DNA of 62,451 bases, filler included, from Choristocarpus tenellus KU-1152 (GCA_964200185.2; 11 parts of 11 records of this genome joined end to end with filler, not necessarily neighbours in it); one strand, 5' to 3'; positions 26,659-40,815 are shown, counted from the whole stretch's first letter. Translations and numbers: made by a program. The notes: a model not told the origin generated them from the letters alone.

Positions 26659-28064
26659 GGGGTGATTTTGTCAGTGAGGGAACCCATGGAGAGGAAAGAA
26701 GAAGCCTCCACTCAAGAAATACAAGCCCTAATTAATGATTAAGTGCTGCAGAATCGAGAGGGTCAAGGGATGGGCCGGGGTGCCTTGACGATGGTGGATG
26801 AAAACACATCCCCCAAACCACTCCCCCCCTTTTATATTTTTGCCCAATCAAGTACCTGAGGAGATTGACAGGGAGTAAAATCTTCCTTCGAATCAAGGAA
26901 GCCTAGTCAGGGCCTTGTTCAGTACTTCAGTAACTTTCTTGTGATGTGCATACAGTAGGACAGTTGTTTTACAGGAGTATTAGTAGTGACTGCATCGAGT
27001 TAGGTAATTTGGGGTTAAGAAAAATTCTAGCTATCAAGAGGAAGCTGAAGGCACCCCATAATGTATGACGTCCTGGAGAAACGCACTGGGTGCATCAGGA
27101 ATGAAGATGGATTGCTCCTGTTATTCTGTGTGTGAGTGCAAGGCAAGGGAACGGTGCTTGGAGGAGCCAGAGTGAGCACAGGAAATGCTTACTTATAATA
27201 GAGTAACTGTTGAGTGTGTGGGGTAGGCTGCCAAGCCTCGGTAAGGTGAAGCAACAGTGTATGTTGTATGTTGTGTCTCAGATTCGCCGTTATTGGAGGG
27301 AGGAGTTTTGACTAGCCAGTTACTGTATCATAATAATAATTAGTAATACTACTAATTTGTGAGTTAGTTGTGACTTGTACTCATACAAGATAGAGTCAGC
27401 GTTAAGAAGGGATAAGGTGGGGGTTGAGGTATTGCTGAAATTTATTCAATCGCCTTGAATCTAGTAATTCTTAAGAATTTAAGAACACTCGTACTGTATA
27501 TACTACAAAGGTATATTTTTGGAGATTACTATTTCCATCATATTATGTACTACCACTCTATTCACTAATACTTCTACATTTTTTACCGTAGTCTGCCTCT
27601 GTTTAATATTTTCAAAGATTACTGTTTGTTTGAACTACACAGTAACAAAAACTATATTCTTTTATATTTTCTCTTTATTTTATATATATATATTGTGAGT
27701 GGATCTCTACAACAGTGAGATCTATATTTTAGAGAGAGGACAGATTCGAGACCTTCTCTTCGGTTCTTCGTCTTCCTAGAGCTTTTCAGGTTTGGCCTCT
27801 AAAATATAGGAATGAATGAGGAGCCAGAACGTCACAAGTGCAACACTTGACGTAATTGTCATCTCAAAATTGGAGTTGTACCCAAGGGTTCGAAATTTGT
27901 TCACACGACACGGTAATTCCTGGAGTTACACTGTTACATGGTGAGCATCCTCCTTGAGGCGTGGGTCGAAGCAAATGTGCAATTGCCAGCAGGGCAAAAG
28001 GTGGAGCTTTCAAGTGGTATTGAAAGCCTTGTTGACCAAGTGGTGCCTCACTCAACAGGGTGCT

Positions 28065-28154
28065 ATGGCGTTCGCATCAAGGGTTTTGGTGACGGGTGGT
28101 GCAGGCTACATTGGGTCACACACTTGCGTTGAGCTCATCAAGGCAGGGGAGAAG
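28065..28154 (+). CDS. galE: UDP-glucose 4-epimerase, first coding exon
   Basis: MAFASRVLVTGGAGYIGSHTCVELIKAGEK|gtgcgt; the LVTGGAGYIGSHT Rossmann motif is characteristic of GalE. Confidence 0.88.
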
Positions 28155-29786
28155 GTGCGTCTTTGCTTGGTCCTGTCACTGTCTGTTGGTGGATGTGATG
28201 ATTGTGGAAAGTCGTGGGGCTGGCAGGATTAGATCGTAAGCTTGTCTGCTTCTCGATTCCCACGGCCACTGTATCAGTTGCAACGTAAGCGATGAACAAT
28301 CTTTGATCGTGCAGAGCCTATCGTACCAATCTTTAACTGATTGGGGTTAGCGAGGATAGGCTGATTGAGTAGGAGCTATGGATGGAGTTAGCTTGTACCC
28401 TGTTCTATGCATTGACTGGAGAAGCGCTCTACTCTAAAGGGTAGAAGCGGGTTAACCCGTCGACTGTACATTGTTGTTTGGGATAATTGTGAAGACAATC
28501 TGGGACTGTCTATCCCGCATGGAGTACCGAGTCGTGAAGGATTTGACATCTTACGTTTGCGTGTAAGGGTACCTTAATCAGTTGCAAGATAATGAAGAAC
28601 ATCAATTGCCGAACTTGAAACAGCAAATCGATAAAATCAGCATGGTTGACAATGACTGATCTAAGCATTGGACGTTGGCGGGTGAGTGGGTAGTTGTATT
28701 CGAAGTTTTCATGAGATCTTCCGAAGGCATCCCAAGAGCAAGCCCACCTTGACGGAAACCTTTTTACTAGAGTTTGAGTAGACTCAGGCTGGGGACTCGC
28801 CGATAGATATAGTGCGCTCACCTCCAGGTAATGTCCAATCAAGAGGGTGCGGGTTATCATACTTTCTCAAACACAGTTTTCCCTTTGCATTGAGTGGTAC
28901 GTGATACTTGCAGCACTATACTCCCACTAAGGGTTCTGTAGTGCGGGGTGCATAATTGCTGCTTTCTCTCGCTTACAATAACACCCGATTTTTGTATCAT
29001 TACAAGGACTCGATTACCACGCTGTTTAAAGACTTTTCTTCCCTCCCCCTTTGTATCCCTGACATCGACGACCCAGGTACTGAACCTCTCAGTTGCAGTG
29101 ACGTAGCAGAGTGCAAGTTCCAATCGCCCTTCTTGATAACTTGGAAATTCTTACTGGCCTCACTCTCACTGTAGGCCCTTCCTCCCCCCCCCCCCCCCCC
29201 CCCCCTTTCCCCCCCCTTTTTTTTTTTTTTTCCCTTTTTTTTTTTTCCCTCCTCTTTTTTTTAAATGAAATTTTTTTTTTTNNNNNNNNNNAAAATAAAC
29301 CCCCCCACCCCACCCAAGGAAAACTCAGTTTTTTTTTTGTGCCTCCCCCCCCTGCCCCCCCCCCCCCCACCTTTGTCCCTCATCTACTTTTGCGCTTTGC
29401 CCAATTTTTATTGTCCCATCATGTATTTGAATGAGTAAACTGCTTTTGTGCAACCAACTAATCCCATAACTAAGAACTCAAATGTTTTTTTGGCTGCAGT
29501 TAGATATCCGACAACAGCGCCACCTGTATACTTCCCTGCCATTCTGATTGAAGAATAAACTCCCTCTCAGCAACCGATGCAAACTCAGTTATTTTTATGT
29601 GCCTCTCCCCCCTGCCCCCCCCCCCCCCCCCCCCCACCAGGGGGCCGCCCCCCAAGCGACACCACCCCGGACACACCACCTTCCCANNNNNNNNNNNNNN
29701 NNNNNNNNNNNNNNNNNNNNNNNNNNNNNNTTAATTAATTAANNNNNNNNNNNNNNNNNNNNNNNNNNNNNNNNNNNNNNNNNNNN

Positions 29787-29962
29787 GGTGGATGGGTGTG
29801 GGTGGGTGGTGTCTACACGAGGGTGTCCATTTGGACCAAAATCGAGAAAAGTGCATTTACATTATCCGTCCGACGTATGGCAGCCAAATCACCCAAAAAT
29901 CGTGATATGAAAAAATTGACCCTAAATGGACAACCGCCACCCCCTCCCAGATACTTTGAGCC
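29787..29962 (-). mobile_element. MITE family A, nearly full-length, at contig start
   Basis: Interior matches other copies; ends CCCAGATACTTTGAGCC. Confidence 0.88.
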
Positions 29963-30159
29963 ACAGGTGCAGATTTTTATTGGAGGCACACTGCAGTTGG
30001 TATTTAGTTGCAGTAGCTACTACCACCTAAAGCAACACTGTAGGAAGAAAAGAAGTCTCCCCTCCTACCACAATCCCTGAAACCAAATCTGTACCTTCCC
30101 TGTATCACAATCACTGTACCTAATACAGTCTTCAACGTTTTCCCTGTCTGCTTGGCCAG

Positions 30160-33100
30160 GCTCCCCAACTGAGGAGTTGTGCCATAATATCATCCCTAGA
30201 TTGCACAGTCTGGATGACGGAGCAGCATTTATTGGGGAGGAGAGCCTTGTATCAGGAACAGAGATGTGCCCTGGGAAGAAGAGTTGGGTTTCTCTTACGG
30301 GTTCTCCATTCCAAGTGAATAAAAATGGGGGAAACACAATAGAATATCATTTCAGGAACATGCAAGGGTGGTCTTGCACAGAAGGCTGCAGTGTATGTTC
30401 ATTTTTGGGATTTTGATCCATTGACCCAGTCACATCAAACACATACTTGTTCAATTTATACTTGTGGGCTACCCATAGCTTAAGAATCTTGTACTTCAAA
30501 GTAAATATTTCCCCTCAGTCTCATCCTGACAGAGACTCACGCACAACAACAAGATATTGAATCGCACAATTGAATGGGCGCATTCATGCCTTGCAAAGAC
30601 TATGGGTTCCCTCTTCACCCTAAGAAATATCTTGCCTCTGCTTGCGCTGACACTCCTAATATTTTGTATGATCAGACCCCAGGGCAAACTCATGAGTGCT
30701 TGGAGCCATGCATCGACATGGGAAACAATGAGGACTTGGAATGCAATGAGGAGATCTCGTTTTCACAAGCAGATATTGGGGAGTGTTATTGCAGGCAAGA
30801 TTCATTTAAGACAGGGTCATTCTACTCCATTTCCTAGCTGTTTGTTATCTGGTGGGATGCAAAGTTGAATGTGATCAATTTCGCAGCAGTTGTTAACATT
30901 TTAGTCAGTACAGGACCTTTTGCTCTGAGACTTTGAGGTACAATACAAATAAGTACTTGGTACAGTTGCAAGGCAACATTAAGAGACAATTGTTTGCAAT
31001 ACTTAAATGTCGTTTCTGGGTTTCAGGTTTTATCTATTGTCAAGATAGACCTCTAGCTCTTTTTTCAAAGCAAGGCAAGAAATCACCTAAATGCATGCTT
31101 CATTCCTATGAGCTTCAGGCTACTCAGCACCCATCTTGGTCAACATATAACATGCAAAGGTTAGCTGGTACTAAGCAGAATGTGTTCTACAACTCCACTG
31201 CACATACTTTGTTAGCAGTTAATCTTCAAGAACAATATGACATCATGTAATCGGTCGGCTTCCTAGTCATCGTTCCCCTCCATTATGCCCTTGCACCATT
31301 TATGTGGTTTAGGCAGGAAATGCAGACAGCCTTGGAGCTGGGAAGCTATTGGGCCTACCTTGCTGGCCAAAATACTGGCCAATGCAAGACCTTTATTTTG
31401 GACTACTTTTGGGGCAAGGTCGTTTCTGTCCTTGCCGCAGTAAATATTGCCGTCATCAACGAGGGGTTGAAGGTATACTGCAGAGGACATCAGAGCAGTA
31501 GTTCCTAGATGGCTACTCCTTTATCTCCTGTATATTATCTGTGAATAATCAGGACAAATCTCAATGCAAAAACAACAATTGGCCAGCAACATGAATCACC
31601 CTACTACAACTAAATCACTCCATTTGTTGGTTTCTTTATCATTTTGAGACCAGTTGAACTTTATAGGAAATTCTCATGAGGAATTAAACTCCCCAGTTAA
31701 TTAATCCAACATTGCTCAACATTTTGGTGATGTGTCTGCACAGGGACAAGAGAAGCACACACTCACCTGACTCGGTTTTTGCTGGAGGGTGCAAGAGAGA
31801 ACGAAGTTGCTTATCTAGATACAATGAACAATTCCTACCAGAAGCCATGAGTCTGAGAAAGCTACCACCCGATTCTTTCTTCCGCCCTTTGAGTGAAAGT
31901 ATCATAGATGGTATGGGTTTTGCCCTGTTTGTCCGTTTGGGGCTTGGTTTCCCATGGGTCTTTTACGACATTTTCCTAATTCCATTTTTTTTTTGAGTAG
32001 GTAAAATGTCTACAATATAAAAAGGTGTGTCTAGAACAAGGATGTTGACACTTCCTAACAAACACGATAGCCAAAATTACATCAAAATCGCAACATTGGA
32101 TCTTTACCCCCAAACGGACGCGGCTCTACCCTCTAAGATACTTTGGTTCCTTTGTTGAGGAAATAAAGTCGGCTATCCTCTTTTGTGCGGTGCACTGACT
32201 ATGTTGCCGTCTAGCTTTCTTACAGTGAGAAATGAGTTATAGCACTCAATGAAGACAGCTTCAGGTGCTCATGAGAAGTTGTACGTCATCTGATGAAACC
32301 CTTGCACCTTCTAACCATCCATGCACCCCTCTTTTGTAAGCGTTCACATGTGTTAACTATATCTATCTTCCCAATAAGTTCCTGCAAGATGCATCTCTAC
32401 TCTGGAAAGAGAAACTCTCTGCAACTTGTCATCTGCTCCTGGGGTTTAGTACATAGAAGTACATTGCATTTTTCTAAACCCTCTACCATGTAGTACTGAG
32501 GACTCAATACTTCATTTGCAGTGTTCATCTACCACCCATACTGCAAACCTAGATGTCAACCTATACTCAAACAATTCGCTTGTGGGATAAGCCCTCAAAC
32601 TCCCCTTAAAGATCAAGCACAACATATTTTATATATTTTTCTTTTGGTTGATTGCCCTTTGTACCCCCTTCTAATGGAAATTGTGCACGGGGACCTTCGC
32701 AGGCGGTACTCAAGCGTATGGGGAACTTCGAGAGAAACTCTTCTGTGACAGGCCGGGATATCAGTGTTACCTGGAAGATCAGCCTTGCTCTATTCATCAA
32801 TTCCGCACTTGTGGTGGTGCTGGTCGATATGCCAATCAGTTTCTTGGTAAAATCCTTTTGATCTGTCACGAATGCCCATTTGCACAAGTTTGTATTAGTA
32901 AGAAAATGCGAGATATCAATAGGATCGGGTTGGAGATTGGCAAGTTTGACATTATTGGTCAACCAGAGAGGAGAATCTGCACACAATCTCACCAAAGATA
33001 CTCTTCTGTTCTCTATTGTATTTTGTTATTGAGTTGGGAGATGAAGTCAACTTATATGCTGTTCAAGACATGCCACCTTCTGTCCTCGCTATCTTGTTTT

Positions 33101-36100
33101 CATGCTGTTTCCCCTCCGGATCTAAATGGAGGACTGTTACATTCCCTTGTATGTTCTTCTGATCCACATTCTGCCCCTCTCCTGTCTCCGGTGTTGATAA
33201 TACATTGTGATGTGGTCAGGGCACAACTTCAAGGGGTGAAAATGACAATGGTATGGGCTACAAGTGGTATACAACTACAGGGAAATACCTCATGCTTACC
33301 ATGGTCATCCAGATATTCTCCCCACATCTTTCAGGTCTCATTGAATTCACTATAGCAGGTCCTTTAAGACGTTGCCGAGCGAGACAGGCAGATACCCAGG
33401 TTGAGCTTAATCAAAAGTGGGAAGGTGCGTATTGTAGCAAGCACGTGGATATGCCTCAGACCGCACAACAGCTGCCTTGTTACTTCCAACTGGCACTTTA
33501 ATACCCACTGAGTTTGGGATTAGAGAAGCTCAATATATTTGAATATTCGTTTATCACCATTTGGAACAGTAAATCAAACTTTTGATGGGCACTAATTGAA
33601 TGCCTCTCACACACCCTGTACTTTGGGGATATGGACCAAATGGCATGCTGTACCCTGCTCCATCTGCTCTTTTGTATAGGGCGAAATTCTAGCCTTCATG
33701 GATAGAGCAATTCACAAAATGGATCTGGATTACTTCTAGTGTGCTGTTTGTGATTTACTAGGTAGAGCTATAAGGGGGGGGAAGCCTACAAGTTGCCGAT
33801 AAGAGATGCATATTTGTACTCTGTACCGTTTCCCGGACCAGAGGAAGCCAGCATATCTTATGTATGCTTGAAACAGTGTCAGCAGTCGTAGGACTGTCCA
33901 TTAATGGACTACTTACTCCGAAGCACAATGCTCATCGACTGAGGAGAGGTGTCATCAGTCCTAACCTCTCAAAAATACTGTACAGCGGAAAGGTGTAGTC
34001 TGAAGGGCTACTCTAATGTTATTGCCTTCACAGTGCACAGACTCCCACCTGTTTGTCATGGTCAGGTCCGGTGTTTGACATATCTTCACGCCTTCCCTTT
34101 ACACTGATGGTGATCGCTGTGGTGATGACATTCTCTCCTGCTCTGCCGCTTCTGCAGCCCATTGCCGTGATCTACCTTGCCACCACATACTGTATTGATA
34201 AGTTATTGCTGCTGAAGATGTACAAGAGACCACCACAGGTATGGGTAAGAACTGCTTCAAGGTATGAGTGTTTTTCTTACTATTATTGTGCCCATTAGAG
34301 GATGAGACCTTCACTATGTATACTGACTGAAGAGCGAAGCATCTCCAGAACACAAAATTGTTGTATTGTGTTGACCTCTCTGCACTGTCCCATCTCAACC
34401 AAAATATGTATTTCGTCTGAATGGCTAACGTAAATAACTATGAAATGGGCAGGGCGGTATGCCAGGGCCTACATATTCAAAGATCAAAGGAATTCTGCTT
34501 CATATGATTTAGTGTAAAATTAAAGGACCAGGGGGAGGGACCTGAGGGAGTAGAATTGATGAAGAAAAGATATCTTGCTTATGGCTTGGTTTTATATTTT
34601 GATTTGGAGGAAAGGGTAGCTAGAACTGCTATCTCCTGTGGATCAGCACTTGGAAATACGAACCAATCGTTTTGCCTCCCTCATATAAGTGCTTGGGATC
34701 AACAGCAGATTGTGTGTTTTGATGTAGCTTGAAAAAATACTTGGTACTCCTTCCATTCTGTGGAATGTAAGAAGGCAAGTGACAAGTCATGAGCTATGCC
34801 ATTTTGGTGTGCCACTTGCCCAAGCCTAGTTACCTGCATGCCTAAGATGTGATACACCTATTCGATGCAATACTTTTGCCACGTAGATAGCGTGGAAACA
34901 TATTGAAGACACACAGGAACATTTTGGTCGGTAGGGTAGCTAATCAGGACTTCATCGAGGGCACTCTAGGGTACAGTGCCTCACTCTCTGTCAACTTGTT
35001 GGCCATGCCAATTGATAAATCCCCTGTGTGAACCTTCTTCCTCTCCATCTGCTTCTGTCTGTTCATCTTCTCTCCCTCTGCCCAAGTATGATGCCCATAT
35101 AGCTGTCTTTGCTATTTGCACTCTGCCATGGATGCTTGCCCTCCACTGTATTTTTGCTTTGTGGGTATATGCAGAGCCAACACTGTTTGATTCTAGGTAC
35201 ATCATGGACCTTCTTCAGACACAGGGCGACATGGAGGTGAGTCGGGTATTGCATGCTGAAACCAGTGGCAGGATGTATGGGGCAAATTCCTAAGAATGCA
35301 GCAGAAGTTTGCTTAGAGAGAGTTGTTTGGAGAACTATGACAATACCCAAATGAACTCCAAGATGTCAGAGACGCTAACTGCAGCAGTTACAAGATATAG
35401 GGTCGATATTACCATGTATAATTGACGTTTTGTACTGCTTAGATTCGATTTCTTTTTCCTTGTAAGAAATGCGAAATAACCTAGGATACACATCCTCAAA
35501 TACATGCTGACCGTGATGGGAATCACTGCCATCTGCTTTCAGGAAGTTGTGGATAATGTCGAAAACAAAGATCCGACTGGTGTTGTGTTTCGATCTCTGA
35601 AGCTCAACTGCTTCCCGTTCTTGGCACTTCTTGTGCTATTGATCGGATTTTCTGTTCTTCATCGAATGTTTGGTACCGTGCTTGGGACTTTGCGGTCTGC
35701 ACTCTTATGCCGTTGTTTCAGGTGAGATGGAACAGCAGGGAGGTATGTCCCAATAGCTAAAAGGAGTAGTGATGCTTCTTCACAGCAGCACTGATCAAGG
35801 CGTATTCTTATCCTCTTGAATTGTTGGCAGTGCAATAGAAGCAGTGTTAACCACCCACCATCTTCACAATCTGCTTTATGCACAGGAGTCTGTCAAGGGT
35901 AGAGCCAATCATGGTCCGTGAGATGGTCCCACCTTACACAGAAGAGTTTCGTCTAACATTTCAAAAGAAACAAGGGGTGAGACAGCAATTTATGAGCAAG
36001 GCAGCTGGCTGGGTGATAAATCACAGCAATGATGGGCAGGTCTTGCACGTGCATCAGGTACATCAAAAATACATATGTTTCTGTTTGTATGGTATATTGA

Positions 36101-36937
36101 GTGCTTACAACAGTCAAGGAAATATATCTCATTATGTGAAACCTACCCAGTGGCATATCCTATCCCCTGAGTTCCTGACAAATACTTCTTAAAAACATTT
36201 CCTCCACACATCAATATCGACAGGCACGCCAACCACCAGTTCCTCACCTTTCGCCTGATGTCGAGGCCACCAGAAGAGAACCTGCCATGCTTACTTGGGA
36301 AGTGTTACAGGGTCTATGTGGTATTCACACATACCACATCGAGGATAATCCGGCATACTGTGATATAGTTATTACTCGCAACATGATTGCCAAGGTAGGA
36401 CATCTCATTATGAGTATGAGAATCTAACTTGCGGGACTTTGTATTAATCTTTATTACAAATTGACGATTCAGACACGGTAGCTGCGCAGTTGCTCAGGCT
36501 CACCCATTCCCATTCTGCTCGTATTTCTGCAGCAGAGAGGCTCAAAGTATCTGGGAGGGGGTGGCGGCTGTCCATTTCTGGTCAATTTTTTCATACGTCG
36601 GATGGATAATGTAAATGCACTATTCCTGATTTTGACCCAAATTGACACTTTGGTGTAGACTCTCCCCCCCCCCAGATACTTTGGGTCAGAAGATCCTTGG
36701 ATTTTCAGATTACAGCACACAGTAAGGGTAACTGTTTGGTGTATGTTGTTGAGAAATGAACCGCAGATCTCCCATTTGTCGCAATGCCTGCTTGTCTCTC
36801 AACTTTGGTGTGTCCAGGAGCTGGGTATAACAACCCCCAAATCACCTGGAGGGAAATTGTGGTCTCAAGGGAGTCGCCAGAACCACCGCACAAATAATAG
36901 ACAAGACTCTGCTGACACCACAATTCTTGATGATTGA
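30160..36937 (+). CDS. Multi-pass membrane protein of the OSCA/TMEM63-TMC-TMEM16 superfamily, 5'-partial, 11 exons
   Basis: Phase-consistent exons 30160-30300, 30599-30794 (GC donor), 31313-31472, 32703-32846, 33220-33424, 34066-34238, 35087-35236, 35543-35721, 35886-36057, 36224-36394 and 36818-36937 (last exon less certain). Motifs: KRMGNFERNSSVT...KISLALFINSALVVVLV, WYTTTGKYLMLTM, FSPALPLLQPIAVIYL..Y.IDKLLLLKMYKRPPQYD. Several hydrophobic helices. Confidence 0.8.
31891..32149 (+). mobile_element. MITE family B (intronic)
   Basis: GAGTGAAAGTATC ... CCCTCTAAGATACTTTGGTTC; flanks TTT/CTT. Confidence 0.88.
36539..36687 (+). mobile_element. MITE family A with internal deletion (intronic)
   Basis: GGCTCAAAGTATCTGGG ... 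CCCAGATACTTTGGGTC; TSD AGA/AGA. Confidence 0.9.
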
Positions 36938-38315
36938 GGAGCTTGAGTTAGGAGCTATTGCTGACTGTGGGAAAAGTATGAAGATTTTAGTCGGAAATAA
37001 AAACGGAATACCAAAGAAATACCTGCTGGAAGGGTAGGCCATACAGTAGCATCAGTTTTATGCCTTTTATATGCTGATTAAAAATCCGGATGAAGTGCAC
37101 TACTGCAGGATTCTTTTGTACAATCTAGTAGGGCACGTTTCAATTGAAGTTGTTTGATTATAATGACCTGCGTTTGGCACCACATTATACGTAATCGTTC
37201 CTGCAGGGCCACACAAGTTCAATGTATGGGCAAGATGACCTGTCATTAAGGACACCTGAAGTACCCTGCAGTTGGGCTCTGATGTTGTCTAGACTAGCAC
37301 GCAACATGTCCTGATCTACTAGCCTCATTCCAATATTTTCAACTCATTCCAGGTACAACAAGTTCAATATAGCCCGTGTGAACAAATATCACACTTTTTG
37401 TTAATGGCACAACTTCTAGAGAAGAAGGTGCATAATATTATGCCAATCGTAGACTGTTGCATACATATATGACGACTGCCCATTGCTGACTTCACAAAAA
37501 AATTATATGCAATGAGAAAACATTACCAAGGTTCGTAGAAGATAGGTTTTGCCGTAAAATGAAGTAGTTGGAAGGAATCAATCAGAATCCTCCTGCCAAC
37601 AATTTATTGGGGGAAGACTTCACCATCTTCTGTAGTGGATGTAATTATTCAACTTACTCTTACATGAATATTGCTCTTGCCTACCATTGGCACACACCCT
37701 CTCCCCAGGATTTATTTTCTAATTCTGGAAGGTGGGCAGTAACCTCAAGGTATAATTAACAGTCAACAGGAAAAGGCTTTATACTGTTATTTTTCTCTCC
37801 TCTTGTGCTCAACATTCCCATATCTTTGGTGCTCTCGACTGGCCTATCTTCGTTCCTGCTCATCGCCTTGCTTCCGCGCTTGAACATCATTCAGAACAAC
37901 AGCGATGATGTGTCCACACAAAAAAGTATCCTTTCATAGGATAAATCAGAGTGGGGATTGTCACCAACAGGCTCCTCATGAAGAATAGACCTTGCGTGCT
38001 CATATGATTGCATTTTAGAGTACCTAGAAAGCCTACAAAACAGACTGTTATGTCTTCCTTACTCAAAACTTGTTCTGTGTGATGATAATATTAAAAATGC
38101 ATAAATCCAGGTGATCTTGTTTCTATCTCTTTAGTTGACGGTCATTCTTGCTTCCCTGCTATAATATGTGGTGTTTATCAAATGTGATCTCGTCGAAGAC
38201 TGGGTTGAGTTGGTCTCTGTGACTCTATACAGCGTATGGCTCTTGCCTAAACTCAGGAATATTTCGAACCTTCTGAAAGTATTTTGAAATCGTTACATAC
38301 ATATTTCACCTCAAA

Positions 38316-38768
38316 TTAAGTCCTTTTTGCGTGCCGGGCATCCTTCAGCAATTCTTTTAGCTCTCGACAGCCTGGCTGATCTTCACAAACGATGTCAACA
38401 GGTGTTTTTCCTTTCTTGTCCCTCAGGCAGACATTGCCATTCCACCTTGCGTTAGAAGCGCATAGAGTCAGTAGAGTACTTGATAGGTCTGGCCTCGATG
38501 TGAATTTCCCGAGAGAGTTAGTAAAGAGTGTGGGAGCAAACTACATGACAAAGAAGATGGTCACAAAAAAAAGTAGGTGTGCGGTATCTACAGGAGCACC
38601 TAAGCCCTAGAAGTTACTCACCTGAGCATGAGCTTCGCTATTGAAGGCTTCGATATATAATGGAACGGAGTGGCACCGAAATGATTGCTTGTATTGGGAT
38701 CACATCCTTGTTCCAAGAGGAGGGAGACGATGGGGTAGCAACTAGACTTCACTGCTAGATGCAGAGGG
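38316..38768 (-). CDS. Ankyrin-repeat protein, 5'-partial
   Basis: Exon 38768-38622 gives PLHLAVKSSCYPIVSLLLEQGCDPNTSNHFGATPFHYISKPSIAKLMLR; exon 38445-38316 gives WNGNVCLRDKKGKTPVDIVCE...RT*. Both fit the ankyrin consensus G.TPLH.A......V.LLL..G.D.N. Confidence 0.8.
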
Positions 38769-40582
38769 NNNNNNNNNNNNNNNNNNNNNNNNNNNNNNNN
38801 NNNNNNNNNNNNTTAATTAATTAANNNNNNNNNNNNNNNNNNNNNNNNNNNNNNNNNNNNNNNNNNNNTGGTCTTTGCTTCATCGGTGTTTTATTCTTAT
38901 CTTTTTTGCTTCCTTTTATCTTTCTCGGTATTTTTTTTTTTCTTTTCCCCCCCCCCCCCCCCCCCCCCCCCCTGCCCATGGACGATCGTGTTGTTTTGAT
39001 TGATTGCCTAGTCTTTCGCCCCCCTTTGACTTGCTCTGCTCCTATGCCCGTTTTCTTTTTTTCTCCAGGAAACATCTCAGGGTCAGGGGGTTGTAGTCAC
39101 CCCCCCTTCTCCGCGCAGGGAGGAATCTCCAGCCATTGCAGACCAATCTCCGATCTCCGTCAAGCCCACTGCGCCGTCAGCAGCCTCTGATCGGCGTATT
39201 GGTCGTGCTGGGGGTATACCTCTATCTGCATCGGTAAGTTTTTTTGGTTGGGTGAACTCTCCGGGGAGAGCTCTTTACAGTTGAGGTTTGGAAAAAGTGC
39301 TGTTGTTGCATGCTTCTCTTGCATTGGGGGTATTTTTGTCTCCAAATCAGGGTTTGCCGCAGTCTGCGACAGATTGATTTGGACCTCACCCGCATGCCGC
39401 ACGCACCCTGTGCCCCTTCTAACGCTGATCTCACTGCTTCTTGGCGTTGATGTAGTCCGGGTCTTATTACGACGAATTTTTCCACTCCACCAGTCCAGAG
39501 TAAGACTTGCTTGCAAACCTTGTCCCTCACATGCTTGCTTGAACGCGCTCCCCTTCCTGGGTGGCAATCCCTGGTAATTGATTACATTTCCGCCTCTGTT
39601 GCCGGACCCCTTCAATTTCCTACCAATAGTAGCAGGTGGTACGATAGAATAATTTTAATAGTGGATGGTATGATAATAGAATAATTTTAATTGTGGATGG
39701 AAGAGAAGTTGAAGTTTGATGTGCATATACTTTCGCCTGTTATGCAGAAACTGAGGCAGCTGAATTCCTTGAAGCAATCACTACTGCCCCCGTCGATGGC
39801 TGCTTTGGAGGATGGGGTGCCTACTCAAGGGTGAGCCCACAGTGCGGGTGGAGAACCTCCAAACAAAAAAATGTCGAAGAAATTGTGTGGCATTTTCTTG
39901 TTTGTTTTTTTTGTTCCCCTCTTGAGAAGTTTCCTGTGTAGCACCATATTTTTTTTTATACACTCAAGAACACACAATATGCACTGATCATCAAACCCAT
40001 GTTGCCTATGCATTATATATATATATATATATATTTATTTATTTTTTGCTGCCCTCTACTTTTTTTTTTCATATACTTCAGCTCAGCCGCCTCAGCGGTC
40101 ACCTCAGGTGCAGTAACTTCCACCCCGATAAAAAATGATGCTTTGGAGGCAGAGGTGAGAGGGTGCCGTTTAACGCTCTTGTTGGGGGCTCTTGTTGGGG
40201 CAGGGTACAGTGAAATATCCTGGGGGAACATGTGGGTGGGAAGTAGTAGTTCTTACTTGTTGATGACGCAAGTTGCCGGAATTTTCCACGAATTTTCCAC
40301 CACAGAGAAAAATCTTCGTGGCTGACTGAAAAATTCGCCCACAGTTTGGAGCAGTGTGTGTGGATGTGTGAGCCACATGCGGCTTCCGAGGTGAGTTTCA
40401 TCGCGTTCTATATGGGTTCTTTTCAACGCAGCAAACCGCCTGTGCTCGGTGTTCTTCTCCTGTGAATTGTTGTTGGTTCTTTACATTTTTTTTTGTCTGT
40501 GGCCACTGCACTGTTCTTGTGAATAGTGTAACTGTGTACATACACATAACTAGGAGGAGCTGCGGCTACTGTCTTGGCCTTT

Positions 40583-40627
<45 letters not shown>

Positions 40628-40706
40628 TTTCTGTACTGCTCCTTGTCCGGGTGCGCTCGTTAGTTTTTCAGGCCGCGTTTGTACAGGTGTGATGCGAAGT
40701 CAAAAG

Positions 40707-40815
40707 GCAGTAAGTAAGTATACTTGGTATTGAATTGTTGCAGAAGTAAGCATACTTGGTATTGAATTGCTGCAGAAGTAAGTATGCTTGGTATTGAATT
40801 GTTGCAGGAGTAAGT
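40707..40815 (+). repeat. Tandem repeat, 32-bp unit x3
   Basis: Unit AAGTAAGTATACTTGGTATTGAATTGTTGCAG at a period of 32 nt. Confidence 0.9.

Noticed and set aside
32681-33355. Longest listed ORF (224 aa)
   Set aside because: It overlaps two real exons of the channel gene in the wrong frame and runs through the intron between them.
12006-36937. Apparent metabolic gene cluster (oxidase, MOCS3, GlyRS, galE, channel)
   Set aside because: The genes lie on different contigs joined artificially, so physical linkage is unsupported.
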